DNA of 36,750 nt, from positions 1 to 36,750 of the forward strand of contig CAXIUT010000207.1 of NCBI GenBank assembly GCA_964035545.1, written 5' to 3'. The notes below the pieces were generated by a model, which was not told the DNA's origin, did not search any database, and saw only the letters and a list, made by a program, of their open reading frames with translations. A program made the translations under genes and the position numbers. This stretch comes from Bugula neritina. Taxonomy: Eukaryota; Animalia; Bryozoa. Below are positions 11,313 to 24,487 of the stretch, piece after piece. Each line of letters opens with the position of its first letter. The stretch's first letter is position 1.

Positions 11313-13961
11313 ATGTAGAGAAGAGAAACAGAGATTATATCAGGGACTGATATGAACCTAGTTAACGATGTCGAGATGCAGTACTACTAAGTCCTCAAGG
11401 TTCTTATAGATCCAGAATTATAACCTCTAAAAAGCAGAATAACAGTATCTATTCAATAACTTAGATGCTTTATAACAATCTAACTTAGCATCTGGAAAGC
11501 GAGTAAAATCATCAAAGGAAATGTAAAATGAATAAAAGTGATATTGACAACTTTGCTACTCGTATTGCTAGTTGTCAAAAGGTGGTCTAATAGGAAGGTC
11601 AACAAGCAGACAACATCAAAAAAGATCTATAAAAACTACAAATATAAACAGAGTAGCTTAAGAAAAAAGAGGTTGATGCTAAAGATCTACTCAATAGGCA
11701 TAAGTTACAAATGAGTATAATATAAAAAGATTGTGTGAAAGGGTTAGAATAAATATAGATCAGACAATAAAATGAGTAGAATTAGTTGAAAAAGAAATTA
11801 GATTAACAACTGAAGATCAAAGATTAGTTGCAAAGTAAACAAACTTCATTGATGAACCAACAAAAATATGGTATTTAAGAAATATCTGAGTTACAGAAAA
11901 AGCATTCTTAGATTAATATTAAGATAGACGATTTGAGATAGAAGATAAAATAAATCGAAGAAAGAGATTCAAAGTAGAAAAAAAATAATGATTCTAAAAA
12001 ATCTACACTGAATAATGCTAAAATATAAAAAGATAGTTTAAAATAAGCAAAAAGACAACTTGAAAAAGGAATAGCATAGCTAGATAAATAAATATAACAG
12101 ACAGCCTAAAACCTAAAAAACTAAAAAAAGAACAAAGACGAACAGCACAGGTCAAAAGTTAAACTATAAAAACAAAAAGAGCAATACTAAAAAGACTACA
12201 ACAGAAAGGTAGATTAAGTACAGAAATTTTAGTCAACTATGAATGAAAGAAATTAATAGCATTCTAGCAAATAATAAGAATATCATGATTTATTGAAAGC
12301 TAAGGTAGATGTATAGAGATAACATTAACTGGCAAAAGCACTAAGAAATCAAATACTCACTTAAAATTAATAACTTAACAGGTAGAAGTCACATCTTATA
12401 TAAATTAAAATAATATAGCAAGAACAACTTGAAAAACTTATAACATAAAAATAGAAGAATAAAGCTAGGATTAATTAATTTTTATCTAAAAAGTTATAAA
12501 AAGATAAACAGTGGAAAAATAGTGAGGCTAAATAAAGATAAATAGAGTTTTTGAATTTGTAATAAGTAAATAAACTAAAAAAGATAAAGAATTAGGTGAC
12601 AAGTTATCAGATAGAACATTAGAAGTTATCGAAAGTGTTAGAACAAATAAAGAAAGAACAAGAAAAATATGGAATAGAAGCATCACATGCTCATTCTAAG
12701 TACTATCAAACTTTATAAGAGTTAAAAATAAAAAATACTCAAATTCAAAATCTTCAAAGATAAAATCAATAAGTTTAAAATAAATGTAAACATCAACAAA
12801 ATTTATATGAAGCTGTGAGAAGTGATAGAAATTTATATTCTAAAGATTTTCTTAAATCAAAAGATTAGATAAGTGAACTAAAAAAGAAGTATAAGAGAAT
12901 GACCTATGCTGTCTAGCAACTTAGATAGTAAATTAAAAATAAAGATCAAAAATTGGTTGAACTTGATAAAGACTATAAAAAAGTAGAGGCTTAAAATGTA
13001 AAAATCAAAGCAGATAAAAATAGAGCAAAAGCACAAATCCAATCAAACTAAGAAGTGATAAAAAATCAATAGAATCATATCAATCACATGAAGAAGATCA
13101 TTCAGGCAGCTAAACAACAAAAAGCAAAGCAACAAAAAGACTATGATATGGTAAGAAACTAAAGAGATATATTAGGAACTCAATTGATCAAAAGAAATCA
13201 TGAACTGTCTATCCTGTATTAAAAAATAAAGTTGTCTAATTCTAATCTGATTAAAGGCAATATCTATTGTCAACAAAAATCAAAAGAACTTAATGATTTT
13301 AAACTTAAACTCGCTACACTGAGAAATTAGTATCTATCGATTGATTCACAAATTAGATGTATTGATTAGCTTAAAGCTTAAATCAGTTTTAAATAAAAAT
13401 AACTACTCAATCAAAGAGCTAAAGTAAAAGCTCTTCAAGACTAACTATAAAACCCAATGAATGTCCATAGATGGAGAAAACTAGAAGCAACTGATCAATA
13501 AAATTATTAAAGAATACTTAAAATACAAACCCTTCAAAGGTATCTTTTATTTTATTCTTAGACGACTCATCTCCAAGACTTAAGAAGTATAAGCCAAATA
13601 AAATTTGATCAGAGATAAAGAAAAACTCTTTTTAGAACTAAAAAATGTATTAGCTAGGCAACCTGGATCTGAAATTCACGAACAGTTGATTAAATACAAG
13701 TAGGCTTTGAAGTAGAAGACTGGGCAGATGAAAAAGATGAAGAATGAACTGTAAAATGCTCATGATGAGATGAACAGAGTAAGATTCGAGGTGGATAGAA
13801 TAAAGAACGATATGGGTAAAATGAAGAGAGAGTATTTCTAGTTAAGAGAAGCTAGTGAGAAAGAAGTTCTTAATGAAAGAAATCTCGCTCATTAAATGGC
13901 AAATGTCAACAATGAAAAACCTAGTTTAGCAGACATGAACATCTCAACACTTAAAAAATGA
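11313..13961 (+). CDS. CFAP58: Cilia- and flagella-associated protein 58 (CCDC147), ~868 aa; introns 11445-11464 and 13540-13561
   Basis: Long coiled coil with VRSDRNLYSK, RDILGTQLIKRNHEL, LENPMNVHRWRKLEATD, KIQTLQRRLISKTEEV and LARQPGSE. Confidence 0.88.
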
Positions 13962-14028
13962 TAGAATCAGTATTATCATAAAATAGAAAATATTACTATC
14001 TTTACTTCTATAATATATAAGATCGTTG

Positions 14029-14111
14029 TTGGGATTGGGGTTGGGGTTGGGGTTGGGGTTGGGGTTGGGGTTGGGGTTGGGGTTGGGGTTGGGGTTGGGG
14101 TTGGGGTTGGG
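14029..14111 (+). repeat. (TTGGGG)n tract: right telomere of segment A, now internal in the window
   Basis: Degenerate start TTGGGATTGGGG, then perfect repeats ending TTGGG; begins 67 nt after the CFAP58 stop. Confidence 0.97.
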
Positions 14112-14113
14112 AA

Positions 14114-15184
14114 AAGAAAAAAGTTGGTTTCAGTTAAAAAGCCACCGTTATGCATAATTTACATGATAAGATTAAGTAGTCATAATAGTCAGAATCAGAA
14201 AGATAAACATATATCAAAAGAACTCCTATTCTCAAGAACAAAAAAACTTTTAGCACCTTTAGAACCAACAAAAATAAAATAGATCAGCTATTTAGATCAG
14301 TTTACTAAAAAATAAACATTCAAAAACCAAAAAGAACAAAAATAAAAAGCATGATTAAAGGTAACCTAAATTTCAAAAAATAAAATCAAAAAGAATAAAT
14401 CCCATAAAATATAATAGGAACTCTTTATCGGCAAAATATAAAAAATTATAGCCCTTACCTATCAGCTCTCCAACAAATTTAAGCAGAACCAGGTATTAGC
14501 ACTCTCTAAAAGGAAAAAATATCGAATCTTTGTCATATAGGAGCTGCTAAATAATATTTAATAACAAAAAAATATTCACAAGGACCTATCTATAGTCGAG
14601 TCAACATCCAAATCAGACCATATATGCAATAGAAAATGTATGAATAAGTCAAGAGTAGAGAGCAGAAATATGACAATGTAGTTTTTATTCCTTGCAATGA
14701 TTTGGCTCTTAGTTTCAATCCCAATAACTACCCCTAAGAACTCAGCTATTCTATTGGAGATAAAGAATTTTAGTGGACAATTCGTAGTGTAAACTCAATA
14801 ATTTAAAAAGAATATCTCAATTATAAATCTTCAAGTATCCAAATGTTTTCAGATTCTCTACTTACTAAAATAATACTAGTTTCTATAGTTTTTTGAGTTT
14901 TCTTTTTCTTCTTATTCTTGCTAAAAGTATTTCTTTCTAACTTAGGTATATTTCCAGTGATATTTGTTTTCATATTAATTTGGATTTTTTTGTCAAGCTA
15001 CGACTGCAAGTAGAAGTTGTAGTCCATAGTTCGTTCAAAAAATGTAACAACAACTATTTTATAAAAAATACAAATCTTTTTCTAGACAATAAATACAGAA
15101 CAAACCGAATGGCGAGTGGGTGAGGACTTCTATTGGCTACAGATACATTTTATAAAAAGGAAAAAAATAGTTTTAAGAAGATGA
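14114..15184 (+). CDS. Hypothetical protein, probably 5'-truncated at the telomere junction; 3' end uncertain
   Basis: A TGA-free frame runs from the junction (KKKVGFSEKATVMHNL...) for more than 250 codons. Candidate short intron near 14927-14945. Confidence 0.4.
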
Positions 15185-15210
15185 AATAGTATATTTAACT
15201 AGATAAGTGA

Positions 15211-18200
15211 TCATTTTTTGGATTATTTACGTTTTCTCATTTTTCTGATAGATATCATTTCTAGTGTATTTTCTTTAATAACTTTTCTTTTTTTACCAGT
15301 TTTGCCCATAAAGTATTCTTCCTCATCTTATCCAGAATCGCTATTGTTCCAAGAACTAAATCTTTGTTTTAAAATTTATGTTCTTTTTTTCTTCTTATTT
15401 TATATTTTCGATATTTAATCTGATAAATTTGGATCTGTCTTGATATCGACTACCTTTCTGATTTTTCTGATATGAATGTTTCTGTTGAGAAGCTAGCTTA
15501 ACTAGCTGAGCTGTTCAGTTGGTATTAGTTTAAGAGAAGATGTGTACGATTAGTTATAATTTTGTTTGAAATGATTTATTAGAGTGTTGACTTGTTTTGG
15601 TAATTCATCTGAAAACTAATCTGGAAATTCAATTTTGATGTAGAGATCGTTTAATTCTTTCTAATAATCGCTAGGAATTTTGAGTTAGTTTGGTTGGTTT
15701 CTTAGCAAGTAGAGTACTATGGTTAATATATGATGTTTTTTATTTGAGGGAATGTTTTAAAATGTTTTTTGGAGGATGAAGAGTAAGGTGCAGGCATCTT
15801 AGGCTGGGAATGATAGAAGTTATGTAAAATATAGAATTTATTATATCTATATTGTTTGTTTTAGAATGGCTTTGAGGATAAGTTTAAAGTTGATTGCTCT
15901 GATAAAAATCAAAGGATTTTCTTATATTAATTCATTTTTCATAAAAATATTTACTATTTATACTGTTATTTTATGTGCTTATGTAATATGAACTTAATTC
16001 AATTGCTAATTATGTCTAATGAATATTCTTTGTAGAATAATGATAGTATTAGACAGATTGATTAGATTCTTTTAAAGCATTTATTCAGGGAAGTAGACGA
16101 AGTAGCTGTAGGCCTAGATCATCATTTCAGTTACCAAATTTACCATTAATTTATCATCTTACTAACATTCTTTATTTTCATCTTTTAAACATTTTCTCTG
16201 GATCAAATCTGCGAGTATATACACTTATTTTTAATCAAATTACCAATTAAAAAAATACACTTTAGTTTTCTGTAAAAACCCTAGCAGCTCTTTAGGAACA
16301 AAAGAACGACACTACAGTAAGAGATCTACTATCATGAATATATAGGCAGCCATTTGGCAGTTACATGCTACCTAAAATAGATCTACTAATGACCACAACA
16401 AATCGTATAGTTCTGGGTGATCGATGCAGTATTCTTATTGTTAGGCTATTTAGCAGCAGACAGAAAGAAAGTTTATTGCTTCGCTTTCTGAAGCTTTTAC
16501 ACTTGGATTTTTCAAAGATTACTATACGATGGCGAATTGATGGGGCAGTTGTTATAGTATGTATTTGACCATGTTTATTAAAAACTAGCTATCAAAGTAG
16601 TTGATTTTTTAGGATATCAATCTTTAAAGAATAACCCATTTGTATCTATGACTGCCTAAATCAGAGAAGCGGTTGATGAATAAGGTAATTACGTTTTGAG
16701 AAAACATTTATACTTTTAAATTGACCAAAAACTAAATAACAAATACTTATTCTGAAAAACTCATTTTGTTTTAAATAGATTTAACCATAAAGTATTCCAA
16801 ACCATCTCTAGTGATCGAACCTTATTCAACATAAATAAGCATAGCAAATATAAAACTTCTTATAAACTTATCTTCTAAATCTATATAATCAGCTAGCGAA
16901 GGCAACAGTTAAGAATCGATCTTTGATTTGTTTGACAACTTGTTACACAAAATAAACAGTCCTACTTCTATTCGAGAATTCCAATTTCTTACGGTTTATT
17001 GTATCTCAGTTATTAACTATTATTCTTTTATGAGTAGCATTCTTATCAGGTAATCGATGAATTCTTCATATCCATTGATTGAATCGTACATTGTTTTTAA
17101 GACAGATGATATTATTGAAAGAGGTGTTAGTCTGTTTCTATTCTAGAAGCAGTCATCGAGATCTTCTAGACATTATTCAGGATCTTAAAAGAATAGTTCT
17201 CTAGATTATCCTATAAAACTTTTAATAAAAGGAATAATAATTTATATTGTTATTTTTTATGCCATTTTTAATGATATTCCTTCTTTTTAGATAATGCAGC
17301 CAATCAGTCCAATAAAATATTTATATCCGAATTAAAATTGTCGTATGATTTCATTTTAATTATTTTTTAGTTATTCTATTTTTATTCTTAGAGAATATAT
17401 GATCGAAGATAGTGTTTTTATATTTATTAGTCTTACTTCTTACTAGTACTAAAGCTAACAAGATGATAGGATGACCATATGCACTACATAATATAATAAA
17501 TACCTTCAGATGCTAATGTTTTTATTGTATGCAATTCTGCAAATTATCTTCTGCTTCTATAAAACATTATATCACGCAATTCTGAACCCTACTCATAAGC
17601 AGGAGCACCATAGTTGTAAATAAATTATAGTTGTTTGTGGAAAGCCAATGTTTTACCTATCTCAACTAGTGCTGGCAAATACATGTCATTCAATCTGTCG
17701 ACTATTTCCTGCCAAAACTTCCAAACCTTCCGAACCAAGCAAGCATTGTCTTACATATTCTATTCATTTACTACGAATTAGTGGATAGTAAAAAATGTGC
17801 TAGTCAGATATTTGAAATAGTACTAATCGACTCCTTTTTTATCTAATAGCTCTTTTGATAAAAATATTAGAGTTTCATATATTTGTGTCTTTTACTGAGG
17901 CCATTCAAAACTTACTATCATTGACTTTTCTAGGAGGACTGGGATGTCGAGAATGATGGGTTCATTGTGTTTTTTTTATTTTGTTATTTATTTTATTTTT
18001 TAGACCAGCATACCTATAGTTCCCTCGAATATGGCGCTAAATTCTATATAAGACAAAAGGTACCTTATCCATGAAGTTCTAGTGCTCTTTGGAAGAGAAT
18101 ATGAAAGAAATATTTGGCTGATATAGGTATTTTGAAATTCATGATGTTTTTGAAGAGAAAGAGAGTGATGAATTCGAAGTCTTATATTTTTTTTTTGAAG

Positions 18201-18355
18201 AGATGAGCGATGATGGCAGCAGCTTTTTGTCTAATTTATTCTGAATAGAAAGATATATTACTTGAGAGTTGATGAAGTTCAAGTGCTAGCTCGAGACTAG
18301 GTATAATTTACTTGCTATTTTATCGATACTTTGGTTGTTGTTTGTAGATTTACAT
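15211..18355 (-). CDS. Large helical-repeat (HEAT/ARM-like) hypothetical protein with an acidic/basic tail; 5' exons approximate
   Basis: Continuous TGA-free minus frame from ~17200 to TGA 15211. Probable N-terminus MEIYKQQP...KEIRQKAAAIIAHLF with a 21-nt intron. The 17250-18150 part is not fully resolved. Confidence 0.55.
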
Positions 18356-18665
18356 TTTTTTTTGAACTATATGCTCATACATGTCGTTTATTTGATTCTA
18401 GAGGTTTAATATTTTTTGATTAAAATAGTCTTGAGGATCCTAAACACTAGTTATCATCGATTTTAGTATTGATATATAATATAAATTGACTATTTATAGC
18501 ATTCGATTTAATAAAATAGACAAATATAACTACAAGTAAATCATTAATCTAAAAAATGGAGAAAACTAAATATTTGATTTAATAAAGCAGCTATTCGATC
18601 TCTCATTCTAGATAATATTAATTCCATTGATAATAATTAGAAGCATATTAATAACCTTCTATCTT

Positions 18666-19576
18666 ATGAGCATTCATCACAGTACAAACAAATCGAATCA
18701 TTTACCTCTCCTCATTCACCTCCGCAAAGACAAAAAATATTTCTATAACCAGCCCAGCCAGCAAAATTCACTCAAAAAAGATCTAGATCATATCATAGCA
18801 TCGCTCGCCACCTCTACCCCCACCTGCCAATAAAAACTAAACATCAAACATAAACAATATATAGCTAGAAAACTATAACTCAAATCGAAATATAGTTCTA
18901 AATAAAATTAGGTGGGACATATGTAAAGCAAGATGTTAAAGGCAGAACTGGGCAAATATATATAGAAATTAGGGTAGGGTCAAAATGATTCCTAAGGAGA
19001 TTATTCATAGTTTGTACGGTTGAGTAGGGAGAGTCAAGATTATCTAGAATACTATCTTAAAAATCATTTCAAACAGCAAGAGTCATTCGATAATATTCAT
19101 TGCACAGGTATATCATCTCATATGCAGATAAATCAGTTCTTCTGTCGCTTATCAAAAATAGCTACTCGTGTCTCACTGATAATCCTCCAGAAATAGCGCA
19201 AAGAATCATGTTGAGTCTGAATATCAACCCTCTCAATGACTTCCATTTCGTTACTTGGAACACTTTTAGCAAATTGAAAAAACTTGCCTCCCTGCGTTCC
19301 CTCAAAACTTAAAACAGAAAGTTTTTGATCAACTACTTCTTCTCCAATAGAACTATCATCACCAGAGATGATTTCTGGATTATAGTTGGTACTGTTATGA
19401 GAAAGTTACAAAAAGTAGTCAACCAAAACAATGCGTAGCGTCTAATTGATCGAGTGAGAGAAGTTTGCGACCATTTAGTGCCTGAGCAGATGGATAGAGG
19501 TCAGTTTTAGCAGATGTTGATGTCGAATATATTTTTTTTGGGGGAGCAGTTGGTGCAGTTGATTTTTCGGATGTGA
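18666..19576 (+). CDS. Hypothetical protein, 296 aa, possibly with degenerate EF-hand-like helices; intron 19108-19127
   Basis: ATG to TGA is in frame after removing gtatatcatctcatatgcag. Motifs FVTWNTF, IITRDDF and MDRGQF. Confidence 0.6.
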
Positions 19577-19618
19577 TAGCTAGTGATCAGAGTATATAGT
19601 CATATTCATAGTATATGT

Positions 19619-19903
19619 ATGAATTAATTAATTGAACCTGAAGGCGACTAAACGCTAATGAATGAGGAATAGTTCAAAGGTCAATTGTAGTTGGTTAAAA
19701 CTCGAATATGTCCTGATTGCGGTATGCTTCTCAACTCGTAGTATTCAGCAACAGCTGTCACGATGTGTTGTTCATTGCTATTATGTGTGGGTTTGGCTTG
19801 TTGGGTTCCTTGTGTCCTGGATTCTTGTCAGAAGTTGGTTCTTCGATGCTAGCATTGCTAAAAAACAGTGATGGAAATAGAACCTCACTGTCTTTGTTTT
19901 TGA
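19619..19903 (+). CDS. LITAF-domain zinc-ribbon protein, 94 aa
   Basis: RICPDCG...TMCCSLLLCVGLACWVPCVLDSCQKLVLRCEHC: CxxC, hydrophobic Cys-rich segment, then a second CxxC. Confidence 0.75.
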
Positions 19904-20078
19904 TAACTTATCTATTTATTCAATACTTTTATCCTTATTTATTAAAATATTTTTTTGGTAATAAGAACATAAACAATCTGACTATGTTCCTGTCATGAGA
20001 TAAATAAGATAGATCTGGAGCGATAATATTTCTGAATAATAATTTGATCATCATCATAATAAGAAATATTAAAACATA

Positions 20079-21766
20079 ATGCAACCAAATTATACCCCAT
20101 CTCAACAATTCAGAAGTTCCTATGGTTTTCCAGTCCAATAATCCTACATCCCTCGCATTCCTACCAAAGGGTTTCCCCAACAGCCATCGCAACAGTCCAG
20201 ACACGAACAATTAGGAAATGCCATCAAAAACCTCTAAAATAAAGGAGAAGCAGTGTAAAGTCCTATTCGCAAGAAGATGCCAATAGGAGAAGGAAGTCCA
20301 GTGGTTCCAGGAGTAGAGACAAAAGCATTAATGTAAAATAAAGTTAAAGGTCAAAGATTACACACTAATGGATAAAGCCATGTTTAGTAGTCAGGAACAG
20401 AATAGTTCCTTAGAGTGTCTTGCAATAACGTGTTAAAGAAATTTGATTCTACTCATTCTACACATAATTTAGGCAGTAGTTTAAGAAATACAACACATTT
20501 TAATCCTCTAAATAAATTTCCTAATAATGCTAATCAACTCAAAAAGTCAGCCTAAGGAACTAACAACTTCAAAGTCAATCAAAACCCAAATAAAACACAA
20601 ATACAATAAAGTAGTCAATTTTCTAATTTCCCTCAATCAGAACCTCAATAAAAATCAAAAAACAGTACCAGCTATATCTCAAAAACACCTACAAAACTCT
20701 TTGGTGATAAAAGATTAGATCAAAGTATCAAAGTTACATCAAAAACTCCTGTCAAATATAAAAATGTATTTGAAAATCCTAATAAAATATCTGGAATAAG
20801 CAAAGAATCAACATAGACAGGAGATAAAAAAACATTTAAATCACTCAATTAAATAGTATAGTTAAAAGCTAGATAAAAAAAGATGATATAAACTAATAAA
20901 TCACCTAAAAAATCATCTAAAATCATCAATAACTTCTAGATAGGTACTACCCTAGGTAAAGGAAAGTTTGGATAAGTATTTTTAGGTAGACATCATGATG
21001 CAGGGTTTGTTGTGGCTTTGAAAAAGGTTGTTAAAAGTAAAGTAGTCTAGTATAAAATGGTTCAACAATTTAGTGATTAAATACGTCTTCATTCCAGCTT
21101 ATAACATCCTAATATTGTCAGATTTTATGGTTGTTTTGAGGAATCTAATGATATTTATCTAGCAATGGAATACATGAATGGAGGAACTCTTTTTGATTAT
21201 TTGAACTAAGTAAGTTATCTAAGTCTCAGATAAACTGTTGATTATCTTAGAGATATTATTGAAGCTCTAGTTTATATGCATTAAAAATCTATAGCACATC
21301 GAGATATCAAACCATAAAATATCGTTGTTTCTTCGGAAGGTGTAGCCAAGTTATGTGATTTCGGGTGGTCAGCAGTAGTCTAAACTTCAAGAAAAACATA
21401 TTGTGGTACTCTCTAGTATGTTCCTCCAGAACTACTGTAGAAAAAGAATTATGATACATCAGTAGATATTTGGTGCATTGGAGTACTTACTTACTAGTTG
21501 CTGATGGGAAAAGTACCATTTGAGGGCGAGAAAAGAAATGAAATAGCTGAGAAAATAGTAAATGTAATTATATATTAATAAAGGTTGACAAGTTGAAGCT
21601 TGAATATAGTAGTAATATCGTTCCATAGGCTAGATAGTTTATTGAGGCATTAGTTCAAAAAGATCCAACTTTACGTCCGAAGAGTAATGATTTACTGAAA
21701 TATAAACTGTTTAGTTTGTTTCCTTCAAAAGTAGGTAAATCAGGCGCTTCAAAGAAAGCCTTTTGA
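20079..21766 (+). CDS. Aurora-like Ser/Thr kinase, 555 aa; intron 21564-21583
   Basis: NFEIGTTLGKGKFGEVF, VALKK, LEHPNIVRFYG, HRDIKPENI (E=TAA), KLCDFGWS, TYCGTLEYVPPE and TYELL (E=TAG). Confidence 0.92.
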
Positions 21767-21928
21767 GTTAAAATATGCAAGTGATCATTATAATATACAG
21801 ACTATTTAGTCTTTATCACCAGATTGGTCTAATATTAATAAAATAATTATTTTGATAGATTATGATAGTTAATGGTTAATTTGATTTATTTATATTGAAT
21901 AATAACGAATTATAAGTCAAATAGAAGC

Positions 21929-22943
21929 ATGTCTGGCAACAGAAATCGAATCAATCAGTAGCAGAGTATAGATTAATTGATGTAGTGAAGGAATCTAACA
22001 AGATAATGAAAAAAATAGGACAAATCAAAGAAGTAGTATCACCTATAAATACTAATCCTAAACTTAATTCGGCGCAACATGAAAGATGGTCGCAATATCT
22101 ACCTGCATAAAATACACATCAATCTATTTATCAAAAATAAGATCATAAATGGGATCATTATCGATTATCTTTATAGCAAAAACTCTAAAAGCTATTCAAA
22201 TAATAAAAGCAATTGCTTAAATAACGTCATTTTAGTCGTTCTAATGGACAGAGTAGAAGCGGACAAGAGCAAAGACCAAAGGTAAGAATGATAATAACAA
22301 GGATAGTAGTGGGCAGTCATATATTGGATCCAAAAGTATCGACAATATGTAAAGAAAAATACGATTATTAGTACATTTTAATATATCTTAGTAAGAAAGA
22401 TATCGACTGGAAGAACAAATGAAGGGAAAACCCAAAGATGTGAATAAAAGTCAAATAAAACAATAGCAAGAAACATTTAATAATACGAGAAATAGAGTGT
22501 TATCTCATGGGTAGAGAAAATCATCGATTAAAAAAGGGAAATAGATAGAGTAGAAAGGATAGAAATAGAAATAATTGTAAATGTAAGTGGAATAATTGAA
22601 ATATTAGATATATTAGGTCAAAAAAAGTAATAAAAAAATTATATAAAAAATGGAATAAAGAAAATAAAAGAAACAATATAAAAAAAGAACTAAAGAAATA
22701 TTGCTTAATATCCTACATAAATTAGAATTCATCAATTGTTAAGTGAGTAATAATAAAAAACAAAACCATAAAAGATAAGCAAAAAATAACACAAGCAAAA
22801 TGGAAAGACAAGCTGAAGAACTAATGAAATAATTTTAGATTTTGAAGGTTCAGTATCGGCATCTGGACGAGGAGAAGAAAAGAGTCGAAGTGAGGCAAAA
22901 TGATATATAGGAAAAGATGAAGGTGATCAGAGGTGAGAAATGA
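21929..22943 (+). CDS. Coiled-coil hypothetical protein with three 20-21 nt introns
   Basis: Frame is restored by removing gtatagattaattgatgtag, gtaagaatgataataacaag and gtacattttaatatatcttag. E/K-rich; ends TGA 22943. Confidence 0.6.
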
Positions 22944-23005
22944 TGATATAATATGATGGTTGATGAATGTGGTATTGAAGATAATAGATATTAGTATTAT
23001 AAAAA

Positions 23006-23079
23006 TGGTCATGGAGGGGATCGAACCCTCGACCGTTGCGTTATTAGCACAACGCTCTAACCAACTGAGCTACACGACC
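23006..23079 (-). tRNA. tRNA-Ile (AAT)
   Basis: GGTCGTGTAGCTCAGTTGGTTAGAGCGTTGTGCT-AAT-AACGCAACGGTCGAGGGTTCGATCCCCTCCATGACCA forms a cloverleaf with A and B boxes, followed by a T5 Pol III terminator. Confidence 0.96.
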
Positions 23080-23157
23080 TATCTGATATTAGCTTTCTTA
23101 GTCTTGCTTAATGTTTGATTCATGCTGGCTCCTTGTTGATAATTGATTAATAACTTT

Positions 23158-23389
23158 ATGAGCGATGTAAGTCCAGACTAATCTAGAATAAAGACCTTAA
23201 AACTATGCCTGTCAGACAATACCTCGATAACACTGTTGTACCTGTCATGCTGCAAGCTATGACCTAATGTGCAAAAGAAAGGTACGATATATATCATTCA
23301 GACCTGCCAATCCGATTGAATTTATTGCTCAATATTTACTATAGCACCAAGATGGTCAAAAAGGAGCACCAGCAAAAGACAAATAGTGA
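23158..23389 (+). CDS. DPY30: Dpy-30 motif protein, 63 aa; introns 23167-23186 and 23282-23301
   Basis: [39 protein letters not shown]. Confidence 0.88.
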
Positions 23390-23560
23390 TTTCTAAAGCT
23401 TATTTAGCAACTTTGTCAAATATTTTATCAACCAATATTCTGTCTTTAAAGTAGGCAGTTACAAATTGTATCACTTTGGTGTCTGATAATTAGAATAATA
23501 CTAAGAGTATTAATGATAGTATTGATTAGTAAATATGATAAGATAACAGGTGCTAGAGTA

Positions 23561-24142
23561 TCATGAGAAGGAGGTATTCGATAGAGAAACGGCTTTGTTG
23601 GCTAGTTCGAGGAAAGGTTTTTCGACATTGGTATTGAAGGCTGCTGATACTTAGAAGAAATCTAATCCTAATTTTTTGGACATTGTTTATCCTTCTTAAG
23701 TTGTAATTTCTTTTGAATTTTTATGTTAACTTTTAGCTCCCACCAAAACTCCACTCAAACTGTTCTTGTTATTAAGTTTTTTAACTTTATCCAGACATCT
23801 TAAACTATTTTTAAGACTATCCTGATTAGTACAGTCATAGACAACCATTACTAGATCAGGATTCTTACTCATTCCCAATACAACTGACTCGTAGTATTAA
23901 TGTCCACTGAGATCAAAAAGAAATAATTCAACTGTTATATTTTTGTCATTGAATGGTACCAGTTTAGAGTGAATTTAGGCAGCTTGAGTCTAAATGAGAT
24001 AGATGTACCATGTTGTAGTCACTGGTAAACTGATAATTCTTTTTGGCATAGGACTGTACAAGGGTTGACTTTCCTGAGGCAGCATCTCCTAAATCATAAT
24101 ATCGTTACCTATGACAAGTACTTTAACTTTCTTTTTGTTCAT
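23561..24142 (-). CDS. IFT27: IFT27/RABL4-like small GTPase, 180 aa; introns 24089-24108 and 23990-24008
   Basis: VLVIGDAASGKSTLVQ, DYNMT, VELFLFDLSGHEYY, MVVYDCTN, FFEVSA, VEKPF. No C-terminal prenylation Cys. Confidence 0.8.
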
Positions 24143-24204
24143 TGTTCAAATCAATTTTAAATATGCTTTATGAAACCTCATCTAATACAAATACAAATAA
24201 TATC

Positions 24205-24450
24205 ATGAATAAACTCAGTCTCAAACATTTCCTACTCAAAGCACAAACCTTATCTCTCTATCGATAGTTTATCAAAAGAGTCAAATTGATACCTCTGGGA
24301 CAAGATAGAGAGGACACTTATCAACAAATTCGAATGGGATTTTAAAAATATCGATAAATAAGTGATATCAAAAAAATATAGTATCTTATTGTTACAGGAA
24401 GAAAACAACTCAGTATGCTTACTTCTCTCACTGCCAATTATCAACAATGA
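24205..24450 (+). CDS. LYR-motif protein (LYRM2-like), 81 aa
   Basis: LSLKHFLLKAQTLSLYREFIK...IRMGFEKYR...IEYLIVTGRKQL. Confidence 0.82.
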
Positions 24451-24487
24451 TACTACTTTTATCAATATATTTATCCCAATTGATATC

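Noticed and set aside
16012-17400. Long plus-strand frame with scattered in-frame TGA, suggesting TGA=Trp readthrough
   Set aside because: It is the antisense shadow of the minus-strand gene, whose TCA Ser codons read as TGA. With TAR recoded, antisense frames stay open for long stretches. Recognisable genes use TGG for Trp.
19722-19741. Apparent 20-nt intron gtatgcttctcaactcgtag
   Set aside because: The unspliced frame gives the intact LITAF domain, and splicing would destroy it.
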